Positions 54,657-64,000 of a stretch of 64,000 bases of DNA are shown piece by piece. The stretch is from an uncultured Actinomycetes bacterium (GTDB taxonomy: Bacteria > Actinomycetota > Thermoleophilia > UBA2241), in contig CAVPVX010000001.1 of the NCBI GenBank assembly GCA_963709345.1, positions 96,001-160,000 on the forward strand. The letters are read 5' to 3'. The notes beneath the pieces were generated by a model. The model saw only the letters and a program-made list of their open reading frames with translations. It was not told where the DNA came from and ran no database searches. Each line of letters opens with the position of its first letter. The first letter of the stretch is position 1. Both the position numbers and the translations under genes were made by a program.

Positions 54657-56074
54657 CGCCCGCTCCCTTTGCTCGCGAGGACGCGACCGACGGCGTCGGC
54701 GAAGGCGTCGAGCTCGGCACGTGTGCGTTTCTCGGTGACGGCGACCAGCAGCACGTCGTCGAGCGCTTTCGGGGCGCCGTCTCCCGGCGCGCCCGGGAGC
54801 AAGCCGGCGTACCCGGTCGCGAAGCGGCCCGCGTCCACGCCGGCGAGGAACCCCTCGGGGACGAGAACGTCGATCAGCGCCGTTGCCGGCAGCGGGAGGC
54901 TCACCGCGAACTCGCGGAACACGGGGCCGTCGGTGAATGCCGCCACGCCCGGCAGCGCCAGCAGGCGCTGCCGCAGATGGGCGGCTTTGCGCGCGCAGTG
55001 CAAGCCGAGCTCGGGCAGGCCCTCCTTGCCGAGCCACGACAGGTAGACCAGCGCCGCCAGCGCGTTCAATGCGTGGTTCGAGCAGATGTTGCTCGTCGCC
55101 TTCTCGCGACGGATGTGCTGCTCGCGCGTCTGCAACGTCAGCACGAAGCCGCGCCGTCCCTCGAGGTCGACGGTCTCGCCGACGAGGCGGCCGGGGATGC
55201 GGCGCATCAGCTTGGTTGTGACGGCCATGAACCCGAGCCCCGGGCCGCCGAAGTTCATCGCGCCGCCGAGCGACTGCGCCTCGCCGACGACGATGTCGGC
55301 ACCGAGTCGGCCCGGCGCCTCGAGCAGGCCGAGCGACAGCGGGTCGGCGACGACGACGAAGAGCGCGCCGGCGTCGTGCGCGATCTCCGCGGCGGCGGAC
55401 AGGTCTTCGAGCGCGCCGAAGAAGTTGGGCTGCTGCACGACGACGGCCGCCGTGCCTTCACCGACGGCGGCGGCAAGCGCCTCGAGGTCGGTCGCCGCGC
55501 CGGCTCGCAGACCCACGGTCAGCGGGCGCGGCCCGTACCCCGCCGTCTCCGTCTCCAGCACCTGCCGATACTCGGGGTGAACGCCGGCCGAGAGGACGGT
55601 CTCGCCGCGCCGGGTCTGCACGCCGGCGAGCACCGACGCCTCGGCAAGAGCCGTGCCGCCGTCGTACATGGAGGCATTGCTGACGTCCATGCCGGTGAGT
55701 TCGCACATCGCCGTCTGGAACTCGAAGATCGTCTGCAGCACGCCCTGGCTACGCTCAGGCTGGTAGGGCGTGTACGCGGTCAGGAACTCGCCACGGCTGA
55801 CGACCGCGTCGACGACCGCCGGCGCGTAGTGGTCGTAGATGCCTGCGCCGAGAAAGCTGACGAGCTGCGTCGCCGGGACGTCCGTGCCGGCCAGTCGGCG
55901 CAGCTCGGCGACGACCTCCGCCTCGCTGAGCCCGGCGGGCAGCGCCAGGGGCTCCCGCCGCCGCACGGCCTCGGGGATACCGGCGAAGAGCTCGTCGATG
56001 CCGGCCGCCCTCACAGCGGCCAGCATCTCGGCGACATCGCCGGGACCGTGGGGGACGTACCTGGTGGCGGTCAC
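54653..56074 (-). CDS. gcvPA: Glycine dehydrogenase (decarboxylating) subunit 1
   Basis: TAYTPYQPE.SQG.LQ, NASMYDG, QTREQHIRREKATSNICSN. Confidence 0.96.
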   Translation of the reverse strand: MTATRYVPHGPGDVAEMLAAVRAAGIDELFAGIPEAVRRREPLALPAGLSEAEVVAELRRLAGTDVPATQLVSFLGAGIYDHYAPAVVDAVVSRGEFLTAYTPYQPERSQGVLQTIFEFQTAMCELTGMDVSNASMYDGGTALAEASVLAGVQTRRGETVLSAGVHPEYRQVLETETAGYGPRPLTVGLRAGAATDLEALAAAVGEGTAAVVVQQPNFFGALEDLSAAAEIAHDAGALFVVVADPLSLGLLEAPGRLGADIVVGEAQSLGGAMNFGGPGLGFMAVTTKLMRRIPGRLVGETVDLEGRRGFVLTLQTREQHIRREKATSNICSNHALNALAALVYLSWLGKEGLPELGLHCARKAAHLRQRLLALPGVAAFTDGPVFREFAVSLPLPATALIDVLVPEGFLAGVDAGRFATGYAGLLPGAPGDGAPKALDDVLLVAVTEKRTRAELDAFADAVGRVLASKGSGR

Positions 56075-56079
56075 GGCGA

Positions 56080-56472
56080 TCAGGCCTCGTCGAGGAGCTT
56101 CTTGTAAGCGTCCGCGTCCAGGAGCTCGCCGAGCTCGCCGGGAGCGGTCATGCGCACGCGGATGAGCCATCCTTCGCCGTAGCAGTCCTCGTTGACGCGC
56201 TGCGGCTCGTCCTGCAGGGCCTCGTTGACTTCCACGATCTCGCCCGTGAGCGGAGAGAACACGTCGCTGACGGCCTTGACCGACTCGAGCTCTCCGTACG
56301 GCTTGCCCGCCGTGACCTCGTCGCCCACGGCCGGCGACTCAGCGTACACGATCTCACCGAGCGCCTCCTGAGCGAACCAGGTGATGCCGAAGACGGCGTC
56401 CTCACCGTCGACGCGCACCCAATCGTGCTCCTTGTAGTACCGCAGATCCTGGGGATACGTCTCGTCGGCCAT
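56080..56472 (-). CDS. gcvH: Glycine cleavage system H protein
   Basis: EHDWV, GITWFAQEALGEIVY, ESVKAVSD (lipoyl Lys), YGEGWL. Confidence 0.96.
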   Translation of the reverse strand: MADETYPQDLRYYKEHDWVRVDGEDAVFGITWFAQEALGEIVYAESPAVGDEVTAGKPYGELESVKAVSDVFSPLTGEIVEVNEALQDEPQRVNEDCYGEGWLIRVRMTAPGELGELLDADAYKKLLDEA

Positions 56473-56577
56473 CGTGCCTCCCTGTCGGCGCCGTGTGGGC
56501 GCTGTCGACTTTCGAACCTGCCCGTGACGCGCGTCGAAGAAACGCACGCGTCGGGCCGCCGCTCCCGCGCCGGCACG

Positions 56578-56608
56578 AAAAAAGACAGGGTGGAGTACCC
56601 ACCCTGTC
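56578..56608 (-). terminator. Intrinsic terminator (riboswitch expression platform)
   Basis: GACAGGGTGG-GTACT-CCACCCTGTC followed by TTTTTT. Confidence 0.9.
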
Positions 56609-56658
56609 TGACGGCCGGCGCCGCGGCGGTGGCGCCATGTCATCCGGGGGCCCGTCCG

Positions 56659-56743
56659 GCCGCGCTCCGTTGGCCTGAGAGATTCGACGCGGAGTGCGTC
56701 TTGCCCCTTCGGCGCCCGCCTTCACGGCGGACTCTCGCGCGGC
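56659..56743 (-). ncRNA. Glycine riboswitch (single aptamer)
   Basis: GCCGCGC-GAGAG..GCCGAAGGGGCAA..AATCTCTCAGGC..GCGCGGC upstream of gcvH; TGcTACAGT -10 box upstream. Confidence 0.92.
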
Positions 56744-56880
56744 TTTCGCCCGGGCTGCTTCACACCGGCTCAGCCCGTCAACTGTAGCACCGCCGGAAGC
56801 CGCCGCACAATGCCGGCACAGGTGAGGCGGGAAACGATGGGCGGGCGGCGCCGAAGCCTTCGGCCTCGCCGCCCGACGGC

Positions 56881-58503
56881 TCACCTGACGACGAACGACC
56901 GCCAGCCGCTGACCGACCGGGCGTGGGCGCCGTCCGCCGGGTGCTCCGCCCGGACGCGCCAGGCGCCGGGCAGTGGCAGTCGTTGGCTGCGCACGTAGCG
57001 CGTGCGCGCGCCGGCATCACGGTTCTGCGCTTCGCTGGTGAGCCTCGTGACCCACTTCCGCCCGGCTCCGCGCCGCTGGAACACGAGGTTGACGGAGGCC
57101 TCCCCCGCAGGGTGACGCGGCGTGAGGTACCCGGCGACGGTGACCGGAGCGTCCCTCGCGACGGTCGCCTTGAGCAATGGGGTCGTCAGGAGCACGTGCG
57201 GCGTGACGACGAGCCTCCGGCTGGACGCCGGCAGGTACGTGCGCAGCGCCGGCTGGGTCGCCGGCGGCGTGAAGGTCACGCGCAGCGTGGTCCGCCGGGC
57301 CGGCCTGTACGTGAAGGAGATGCGACCCTCACCATCGGAAACGCCGAGGCGCACCTCGAGCCACGAATCGCCGCGCAGACGCTCGAGGCGCACGATGGCG
57401 CCCCGCAGCGCTGCCCCCGTCGCATTGGTCAGAACGGCCGTGAGCCGCGCGGACACGCCCCACGCCGGCGTCGCGTGCCGGGTCGCAAAGGCGAGGGTGG
57501 GCAGGTGGTCGCGAACGGAGAAGCCGACGGCGGGCGCCACCAGCACTGCCGTGTCGTACCGGACGTCGTCGAACGGCGGCACGACCTCGCCGGGCCCGAG
57601 CGCGATGCGCTCGCCGGTCGCGAGGTCGTGCCGGTAGGTCACGGACCCGGCGCCACCCTCCTCGACCCAGTAGGCGGCGCCGTCCGCCGCGCCATAGTGC
57701 AGCGGCGGGGTGGCGGTCGCGATGTCGGTGCGCGGCAGCGCCGGCGGCCGGTAGGCGGCGGCGCTCGGGTTCGTCTTCAGAAAACGGACCGGGTCGACGA
57801 ACCCGCCGTGATCGGCCCAGCTCTTGGGGACGTGGCCGGCGTACGGGTTGCCGTCGCGGTACTTCGTGCCTAGATGGACGCTGAAGTGGAGGTGCCTGCA
57901 GCCGTTGACCCTGGCGATGACGTCGCCGGCCTTCACCCGCTGCCCCGCTTTGAACCGGAGGCTGTAGACGTGCCCGTACAGAGCGTGGAACTTCTTTCCG
58001 GCGGCGGTGGCATGCGTGATGATCACGCAGCCGCCGTTGGTGCCGCCGACTCCGTAACCGCCGGCGTCGGCACGAGAGATGAAGACGACGCCGTCGGCGA
58101 TCGCGTACACGGGGCGCCCGTACGCGCAGGGCATGTCTTGCGCCACGTGGACGTAGGCGCCGCGCGGGGCGAGCCATCCGGACCACCCGTTGAAGGTCTC
58201 GGCGCCGACCGGCCAGTACCACCCGCCGCTGCCCGGGCTGGGGGCGGCGAGCACGGTGCGAGCGCCGTCCGGCGACGCGCCGACGTAGGAGGGCTCGGGC
58301 AGGACGGTCGAGACCGGCTGCGTCGGTGCGGCTGCGCCCGCCGCCTCCGCCCCGGAGAGCACGAGAAGAAGGGCGCCGACAAGGATGAGGCCGGCTGCGG
58401 CGACGGCGAGCCTCACCGGGTGCCCGGCGCCTCGCCCTCCGCGATGAAGCGACGGCCGAGGGATCAGGAGCCGTCGCGGTGCTGTCGTGGCTTCACTCAC
58501 CAA
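56881..58503 (-). CDS. Secreted M23-family metallopeptidase with C-terminal Ig-like domains
   Basis: Signal/TM; HVAQD (HxxxD), PVYAIADG, LYGH, HLHF. Confidence 0.85.
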   Translation of the reverse strand: MVSEATTAPRRLLIPRPSLHRGGRGAGHPVRLAVAAAGLILVGALLLVLSGAEAAGAAAPTQPVSTVLPEPSYVGASPDGARTVLAAPSPGSGGWYWPVGAETFNGWSGWLAPRGAYVHVAQDMPCAYGRPVYAIADGVVFISRADAGGYGVGGTNGGCVIITHATAAGKKFHALYGHVYSLRFKAGQRVKAGDVIARVNGCRHLHFSVHLGTKYRDGNPYAGHVPKSWADHGGFVDPVRFLKTNPSAAAYRPPALPRTDIATATPPLHYGAADGAAYWVEEGGAGSVTYRHDLATGERIALGPGEVVPPFDDVRYDTAVLVAPAVGFSVRDHLPTLAFATRHATPAWGVSARLTAVLTNATGAALRGAIVRLERLRGDSWLEVRLGVSDGEGRISFTYRPARRTTLRVTFTPPATQPALRTYLPASSRRLVVTPHVLLTTPLLKATVARDAPVTVAGYLTPRHPAGEASVNLVFQRRGAGRKWVTRLTSEAQNRDAGARTRYVRSQRLPLPGAWRVRAEHPADGAHARSVSGWRSFVVR

Positions 58504-58546
58504 GCGTGCAGTATGCCACGCGCAACGGCGGCACGCCCGCGGGCCG

Positions 58547-60880
58547 CTAGTCCGTGGGCGTGGCCAGAGTGAAGAAGAAGGTCGCGCCCTCGTCGACGGC
58601 GCCCTCGGCCCAGCACCGGCCGCCCAGCCGGTTGACGATCCGCCTCACCGTGGCCAGGCCGATGCCCGTGCCCGGGTACTCGTCCGGGCCGTGCAGCCTC
58701 TGGAAGGGCTGGAACAGGTTGGCGGCGTAGGCCGGGTCGAAGCCGGCGCCGTCGTCGCGCACAAAGAAGACCCGCGCCCCATCGAGTCGGGTCTCGGCGA
58801 ACTCGATGTGTCCCTGCTCTCTCCCTCCCGTGAACTTCCACGCGTTGCCGAGGAGGTTGCCGACCACGGCCTCCAGGAGCCCGGCGTCGGACCAGACACG
58901 GCACCCGGCGGCGATGACCACTTCCACCCGTCTCTCCGGATGCTCCTCCCGCAGACGCTCGACCACCTCGGCCGCCAACCCGCTGAGGTCGACGTCGGCC
59001 ACGCTCGTCCCGCCGCGGGTCAGCCTCGACAGCGACAGCAGGTCGTCGATCAAGCGCCCCATCTTCTGGGCCGCGGCGCGCACGCGCTCCAGGCTCTCGC
59101 GTCCGTTCGCGCCCAGAGCGGCCGCGTGATCCTCCATCAGGATTTCGCTGAAGCCGTCGATGGCGCGCAGCGGCCCGCGAAGGTCGTGGGAGATCGAGTA
59201 GGCGAACGCCTCGAGCTCCTCGTTCGCGGCACTGAGCTGCGCCGTCCGTTCGCGAACGCGGCGCTCGAGCTCGGCGTTCAGCGTGCGTATCGCTTCCTCC
59301 GCGCGTTTGCGCTCGGTGATGTCGACGCCGAGACTGGTGACGTCGACCAGCGTCCCCCGCACATCCCTGGTGACCACATTCGACCAGGAGACGTGCCGCA
59401 GAGCGCCCTCCCTGGTGAGTATGGGGTTCTCGCCTGTCGAGAACCCTTCGTCATCCACTCCGTCCAGGATCGACGCGAAGAGGCCGCGGACCTCGTCGCG
59501 GCTCGACTCGGGGACGAACAGGTCGAACCAGTTGCGGCCGAGGACCTCCTCCTCCCGGTAGCCGGTCAGCTTGAGGAGATGCCGGTTGGCGAACACAATC
59601 GCGGCGTCGTGGTCCAAAGACACGCCGATCTGAGGAGTGTGCACCAGCACGCTGCGCCACTTCCGCTCGGACGCAACGAGCGCCGACTCCGCCCGTTTGC
59701 GCGCGTCGATATCCAGGCAGATGCCCGACATGCGCAGCGGCGAGCCCGACTCGTCGTAGATGGTGTCGCCGAACGCCCCGATCCACACCTCCTCGCCGTC
59801 GGGCCGCACGATACGGTACTCGTTCTCCAGTGCGGCGTTCTGCTCGACCGACTCCGTGATGCGCGCCTCCGCCGCCTCGAGGTCGTCCGGGTGGAGCGTC
59901 GCCCGCCATGTCTCAAAGGACGCCTCGGCGTCCGGCTGCAGGCCGAACAACTCGCGGAACTCCGGCGACCAGGTGAGCATGCCGGTGGCGAAGTCCCAGT
60001 CCCAGATGCCGGCGCCGGCGGCGCGCTGCGCCAGTGACAGCCGGTGGCTGGTCGCGCGCGCGGCCTCCTCGGCGCTGATCCGGTCGGTGACGTCGAGAAA
60101 CGCCGCCATTGCGCCGATCGGTTCTCCGGTGTCGTCCCCGACGAGGGTCGTCGTGAGGTGGACGACGAACGACGCTCCACCCTTTCGCCGCGCCGTCAGT
60201 TCGCCGGTCCACCCGCAAGTCTGGAGCATGTCCGCTCTGATCTCGGCGGCGGCTTCCGAGGATTCCCAGAAGTCGACAGCCGGCCGGCCGACGACCTCGC
60301 TGGCGTCCGCGTATCCCCAGAGCGCGAGAAACGCGGGATTGACGTAGGTGAGAAGGCCGTCCAGATCGGCGAGAGCGATCGCGTTGATCGAGTACTCGAC
60401 GGCCCGCGCGCGGATGGCCAGCTGTTCTCTGGTGCGCTGCAGTTCCGTCACGTCCCGCGCACGGACGGCGACGCCGACGACCGCACCACTCAAGTCGCGC
60501 ACCGGATCGTGGGTGGTCTCGAAGAACCTCCGGTCCCGCAGGAAATCGCCCGAATACGCGGACTCGACGACCCGCTCTCCCCGCAGAACGCGCGCGAAGT
60601 CGGCGCGAGCGCCATCGCGGTCGTCGGCCACCGTCTGGTACTCGTGGATGCTGTGACCAAGCTCGACCTCGCAGCCGTACAGAGACCTCATGGCCTCCGC
60701 ATGCCGCGCGTTGAAGCACGTGTACCGCGCTTCGGCATCGACGGCGAAGAACCCGTCGTCGCCACTCCCGGCGATCGCCCGGAGGATCGCCGCGTCGTCG
60801 CGCCCGTTCGTCCGCAGGCTCATTTCCGCCGATGGATCCGCGCCGCCGCGCGGAGACTCGTCATCTGCCGCCGGTGTCAT
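58547..60880 (-). CDS. Soluble multi-PAS sensor histidine kinase
   Basis: Four PAS/PAC repeats; ELEAFAYSISHDLRGPL, NLLGNAWKF, DDGAGF, GTGIGL. Confidence 0.93.
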   Translation of the reverse strand: MTPAADDESPRGGADPSAEMSLRTNGRDDAAILRAIAGSGDDGFFAVDAEARYTCFNARHAEAMRSLYGCEVELGHSIHEYQTVADDRDGARADFARVLRGERVVESAYSGDFLRDRRFFETTHDPVRDLSGAVVGVAVRARDVTELQRTREQLAIRARAVEYSINAIALADLDGLLTYVNPAFLALWGYADASEVVGRPAVDFWESSEAAAEIRADMLQTCGWTGELTARRKGGASFVVHLTTTLVGDDTGEPIGAMAAFLDVTDRISAEEAARATSHRLSLAQRAAGAGIWDWDFATGMLTWSPEFRELFGLQPDAEASFETWRATLHPDDLEAAEARITESVEQNAALENEYRIVRPDGEEVWIGAFGDTIYDESGSPLRMSGICLDIDARKRAESALVASERKWRSVLVHTPQIGVSLDHDAAIVFANRHLLKLTGYREEEVLGRNWFDLFVPESSRDEVRGLFASILDGVDDEGFSTGENPILTREGALRHVSWSNVVTRDVRGTLVDVTSLGVDITERKRAEEAIRTLNAELERRVRERTAQLSAANEELEAFAYSISHDLRGPLRAIDGFSEILMEDHAAALGANGRESLERVRAAAQKMGRLIDDLLSLSRLTRGGTSVADVDLSGLAAEVVERLREEHPERRVEVVIAAGCRVWSDAGLLEAVVGNLLGNAWKFTGGREQGHIEFAETRLDGARVFFVRDDGAGFDPAYAANLFQPFQRLHGPDEYPGTGIGLATVRRIVNRLGGRCWAEGAVDEGATFFFTLATPTD

Positions 60881-61058
60881 CCCTCGCCCCCCGTGGTCCA
60901 GACTCGACCCGCCCTTCTGCGTTCATACCCAGAGGCGGGTCGTACGAAGGCCCGAGCCGTTTGCCCCCGAACTGCCGGCCGGCGACGCCGACGGACGCTG
61001 CCGGGGAGTAGAGTACCTGGCAGGTTTCGCTATCGTCGACGACCAAAGGGGATCGGGC

Positions 61059-61172
61059 GTGAAGGCTCTCGTCATCCACGAATCGCCGTGGGGCGCCACG
61101 GCTGCCGGGGCGCGCGATGCCGCCGGGCCGGAGCGGGCCCGGGGAGCCGATCTAGCCCGGGCGGGCCGCTGA
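61059..61172 (+). pseudogene. Flavodoxin N-terminal remnant
   Basis: RBS plus GTG, KALVIHESPWGATAAGAR resembling the flavodoxin start KALVVYES.WGNT; stops after ~37 codons. Confidence 0.5.
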
Positions 61173-61173
61173 C

Positions 61174-61992
61174 GTGGCCGCCGACGAGATGTGGGCCGCC
61201 GCCCCGACCGACCTGCAAGAGCTGCTCGCCCTGGCGAGCGACCTCGCGCGAGAGGCGGCGCAGGTGCACGCGCGCGGCAAGCGAAGCGCGCTCCGCGTCG
61301 AGACGAAATCCACGCCCACCGACCTCGTCAGCCAGATCGACGAGGAGGCCGAACGCCTCATCGTCGAGCGACTCCGCAAGGTCCGGCCGAACGACGCGCT
61401 CCTGGCCGAAGAGGGCAGCCTGATGGATGGAGCGAGCGGGGTCCGCTGGGTCATCGACCCGCTCGACGGCACCACCAACTACGTCTACGGCTACCCGGCC
61501 TACGCCGTCTCCATAGCCGTCGAGGTCGACGGGGCGGCCTGCGTCGGCGTCGTCCTCGACTCGAGCTCGGGGCGCCTGTACCAGGCCATCGAGGGCTGCG
61601 GGGCCGCCTGCGACGGCGAGCCGATCCGGGCGCGGGAGCACGCCGACCTCTCGACGGCCCTGCTCGCCACGGGCTTCTCGTACGCGGCCGCGCAGCGCGA
61701 GCGGCAGGGCGCGGCCCTGGCCGCGATGCTGGGGCGCATCCGCGACATCCGCCGCGGCGGCACGGCCGCGCTCGACCTCTGCCACGTCGCCGCCGGCCAC
61801 GTGGACGGGTACTGGGAGCTCGACCTCTCCCCGTGGGACCACGCCGCCGGCGCGGTGATCGCCCGCGAAGCCGGCGCCGAGGTGGTCCTGCCGGCGGCGG
61901 CGCACGGACGTGGCCCCGCCGTCGTCGCCGCGTCCGCGGCGCTCATGCCGGCGCTGCTCGACCTTCTCCGCGAGAGCGGCGTGCTCACGTAG
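61174..61992 (+). CDS. Inositol monophosphatase family protein (SuhB-like)
   Basis: EEG, WVIDPLDGTTNY, WDHAAG. Confidence 0.92.
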   Translation: MAADEMWAAAPTDLQELLALASDLAREAAQVHARGKRSALRVETKSTPTDLVSQIDEEAERLIVERLRKVRPNDALLAEEGSLMDGASGVRWVIDPLDGTTNYVYGYPAYAVSIAVEVDGAACVGVVLDSSSGRLYQAIEGCGAACDGEPIRAREHADLSTALLATGFSYAAAQRERQGAALAAMLGRIRDIRRGGTAALDLCHVAAGHVDGYWELDLSPWDHAAGAVIAREAGAEVVLPAAAHGRGPAVVAASAALMPALLDLLRESGVLT

Positions 61993-62050
61993 GCGCAGCC
62001 CGCCGGGAACTGGATCGCGAAGCGCGCGCATGCGGCGCCCCAGGCCACCC

Positions 62051-62704
62051 TCAGCCGCGCAGCGCGAGCAGCTCCAGCGGCTGGTCGAGCACCACGCCGG
62101 CGCCGCTCTCGATGAGCTCATCTTTGGTGCGGAACCCCCACGCGGCGCCGACGGCGATCATCCCTGCGGCGGTCGCGGTGCGCATGTCGACCTGTGAGTC
62201 GCCCAGATAGGCGATCCGCCCGGGCGCGAGGCCGAAGCCGGCGGCGATCGCCAGAGCCACCGTGGGATCCGGCTTGAGCGGGACGCCCGACCGCGCGCCC
62301 GCGACGACCTCGAAGTCGCACGGGTCGAGGAGAGCCTCCACGATCCGCCGGGTGAGCGCGTCGGCCTTGTTGGAGGACACGGCGAGCTTGACCCCCGCGT
62401 CCCGAAGAGCACGAACGAGGTCCGCCGCGCCGTCGTACAGCCGCGTCTTGACCAGGCTGTTGGCGCCGTAGTCGCCGATCATGCGCTCGTAGCAGCGGGC
62501 CACCGTCTCGTCGTCGCGCCTCGCCTCGGGCAGCGCCGCGGCGACCAGGTTGCGGATCCCGTGACCGATCAGGTACCTGTACTCGTCGCAGGTGTGCGGT
62601 GGCGCGCCCTCCAGAGCGAGCACCCGGTCCATCGCGTCGGCGATATCCTCGAGGGTGTCCACCAGCGTGCCGTCGAGATCGAAGATGACGCCGTCGAAGT
62701 CCAC
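62051..62704 (-). CDS. HAD hydrolase (phosphoglycolate phosphatase-like)
   Basis: IFDLDGTLVD, SNK, KPDP, LGDSQVD, WGFR. Confidence 0.92.
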   Translation of the reverse strand: MDFDGVIFDLDGTLVDTLEDIADAMDRVLALEGAPPHTCDEYRYLIGHGIRNLVAAALPEARRDDETVARCYERMIGDYGANSLVKTRLYDGAADLVRALRDAGVKLAVSSNKADALTRRIVEALLDPCDFEVVAGARSGVPLKPDPTVALAIAAGFGLAPGRIAYLGDSQVDMRTATAAGMIAVGAAWGFRTKDELIESGAGVVLDQPLELLALRG

Positions 62705-62948
62705 TCTGCTCCTCTCGCTACGCGCCGCCGGCAGGCCACGGCAGCCGGGCCACGACCCGTTCGCCTCATGGTACAGGAGTCCCTGCGCAACCATCCCAAG
62801 GCCGCCTTCGCAACCCTGCCGGCCCCAGCCTCGCCCCTCTTCCGCGCACCCTCCCGCGCCGGTTCGCACACCGTGCCGTGGCGGCAGAAATCGATGACCG
62901 GCGGTTCGCCGATCTTTACCGGCGGTGACGACGTCTATGGAGGAGGTC

Positions 62949-63466
62949 GTGAAGACGGAGTGATAGCACAGCACGCGGGTCTGCTCGTGGATCGACCCGC
63001 AGCCAGACCTGCTGGCGGCGATCCGCGACCACGTGGAGCGGGCGGAGCTTGGGCCCGTCGACGCGCAGGCGTTGGTCTGCTTCGAGACCGGCTCGCAACG
63101 GACGAAGAAGCCGAGCCGGATCGAGCGCCTGAGTGGCGGCGGGCTAAGACCCTCGCTCAAGCGGTCATCGTGACCCCGACGCTCCTTGTCTGGGCGAAGC
63201 GCCCCGGAGACGGCGCGGCGACGGGCCACTCGCAGCTCCTCGACCGGCTCGATGTCACCGACTACGAGAAGAGTCCGGCGGCCGCCCTGCTGCCGGACCA
63301 CGAGGTCGAAGTGCTCGGCATCGTCGGCATGGGAGGAGCAGTCGGCACCGTGTTCTTCGGCCTCGGAGAGGGGCCCGACGCCGGCCGTGCGCGCCGGATC
63401 ATCAAGGGTGCGGTGCAGGCGGCCCGGTTGCCGGCGGTGTCGGTGACGAGGACGCACCACGTGTAG
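62949..63466 (+). pseudogene. Disrupted hypothetical gene
   Basis: Strong RBS GGAGGAGG plus GTG, TGA-TAG at codons 5-6, coding-like continuation, frameshift near 63143. Confidence 0.55.
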
Positions 63467-63503
63467 ACCCCGTGACTGAGCCTGGCCGAGAAGCGAGGAG
63501 CGC

Positions 63504-64000
63504 TCACACGCCGCGCTCATCCGGCAGATCCACCCGCGGCAGCCACTGCAGCCAGCGCGGCAGGTACCAGTTCCAGTCGCCGAGCAGCACCATGGTCGCG
63601 GGCACGATGACCAGGCGGACGATGGTTGCGTCGAGCATGATCGCGACCGAGAGGCCGACGCCGAACTGCTTGATGATCGGGTCGCTGACGAGGACGAAGC
63701 TCGCGAACACCGTGACCATGATGACGGCCGCGGCGGTGATGACGCGGGCGCTGCCGCCGACGCCCGAGCGCACCGCCTCGTGGGATCCCTCTCCGGCCGC
63801 GTGGGCGCGGAAGATCTGGCTGATCAGGAAGACCTCGTAGTCCGTGGACATCCCGAAGAGGACGGCGAACATGAGCAGCGGAACGTAGCTGGCGATCGGC
63901 ACGGTGCCCCAGAAGTTCTCCAAGCCGACCAGACGAAGCCCCCAGCCCCACTGGAAGAAGGCCGTGAGGATGCCGAACGCAGCTCCGACGGCGAGCAGAT
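63504..64000 (-). CDS. MMPL/RND family transporter, C-terminal part
   Basis: LFGMSTDYEVFL, ARVITAAAVIM, LDATIVRLVIVPA, NWYLPRWL. Confidence 0.92.
   Translation of the reverse strand, partial: LLAVGAAFGILTAFFQWGWGLRLVGLENFWGTVPIASYVPLLMFAVLFGMSTDYEVFLISQIFRAHAAGEGSHEAVRSGVGGSARVITAAAVIMVTVFASFVLVSDPIIKQFGVGLSVAIMLDATIVRLVIVPATMVLLGDWNWYLPRWLQWLPRVDLPDERGV

Noticed and set aside
62961-62966. Tandem TGA-TAG as Sec/Pyl double readthrough
   Set aside because: No Cys-type redox context, an additional frameshift downstream, and no pyl genes seen; decay of TGG/CAG-like codons is simpler.
1-64000. CRISPR array, IS elements, prophage or defence systems
   Set aside because: No regularly spaced direct repeats, transposase, integrase or phage genes recognised by eye.

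Overview
High-GC bacterial chromosomal window. Gene content and TANNNT/leaderless-type promoters suggest a deep-branching actinobacterium (inference). From left to right it holds: the jag-yidC-yidD-rnpA-rpmH cluster, with no dnaA next to rpmH; housekeeping and accessory genes (galT-like, rlmN, UPF0210/ACT, ychF, GNATs, non-pyrrolysine MttB plus orphan ABC binding protein, PEP-utilising phosphotransferase, ABC exporter, ferritin); and a complete selenocysteine machinery (tRNA-Sec, selB, selA, and a selD with an in-frame UGA missed by the ORF track). There are two GcvPA/PB pairs. One is canonical, sits with gcvH, lipoylation genes and lpdA, and lies under a glycine riboswitch. The other is strongly divergent, has rewritten active-site motifs, and is clustered with two SDRs and an AcoX/NAD-kinase-like gene behind a palindromic operator; it is the best candidate for an undescribed pathway. 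A second highlight is a ~1780-aa soluble protein fusing a BldC-like HTH, seven GAF domains, HD-GYP, a Cache-like domain and GGDEF, behind a sigma28/WhiG-like promoter. I saw no CRISPR array, integrase or transposase. Several single-base frameshifts suggest assembly indels or gene decay. All family calls come from motif recognition by eye, not from database searches.
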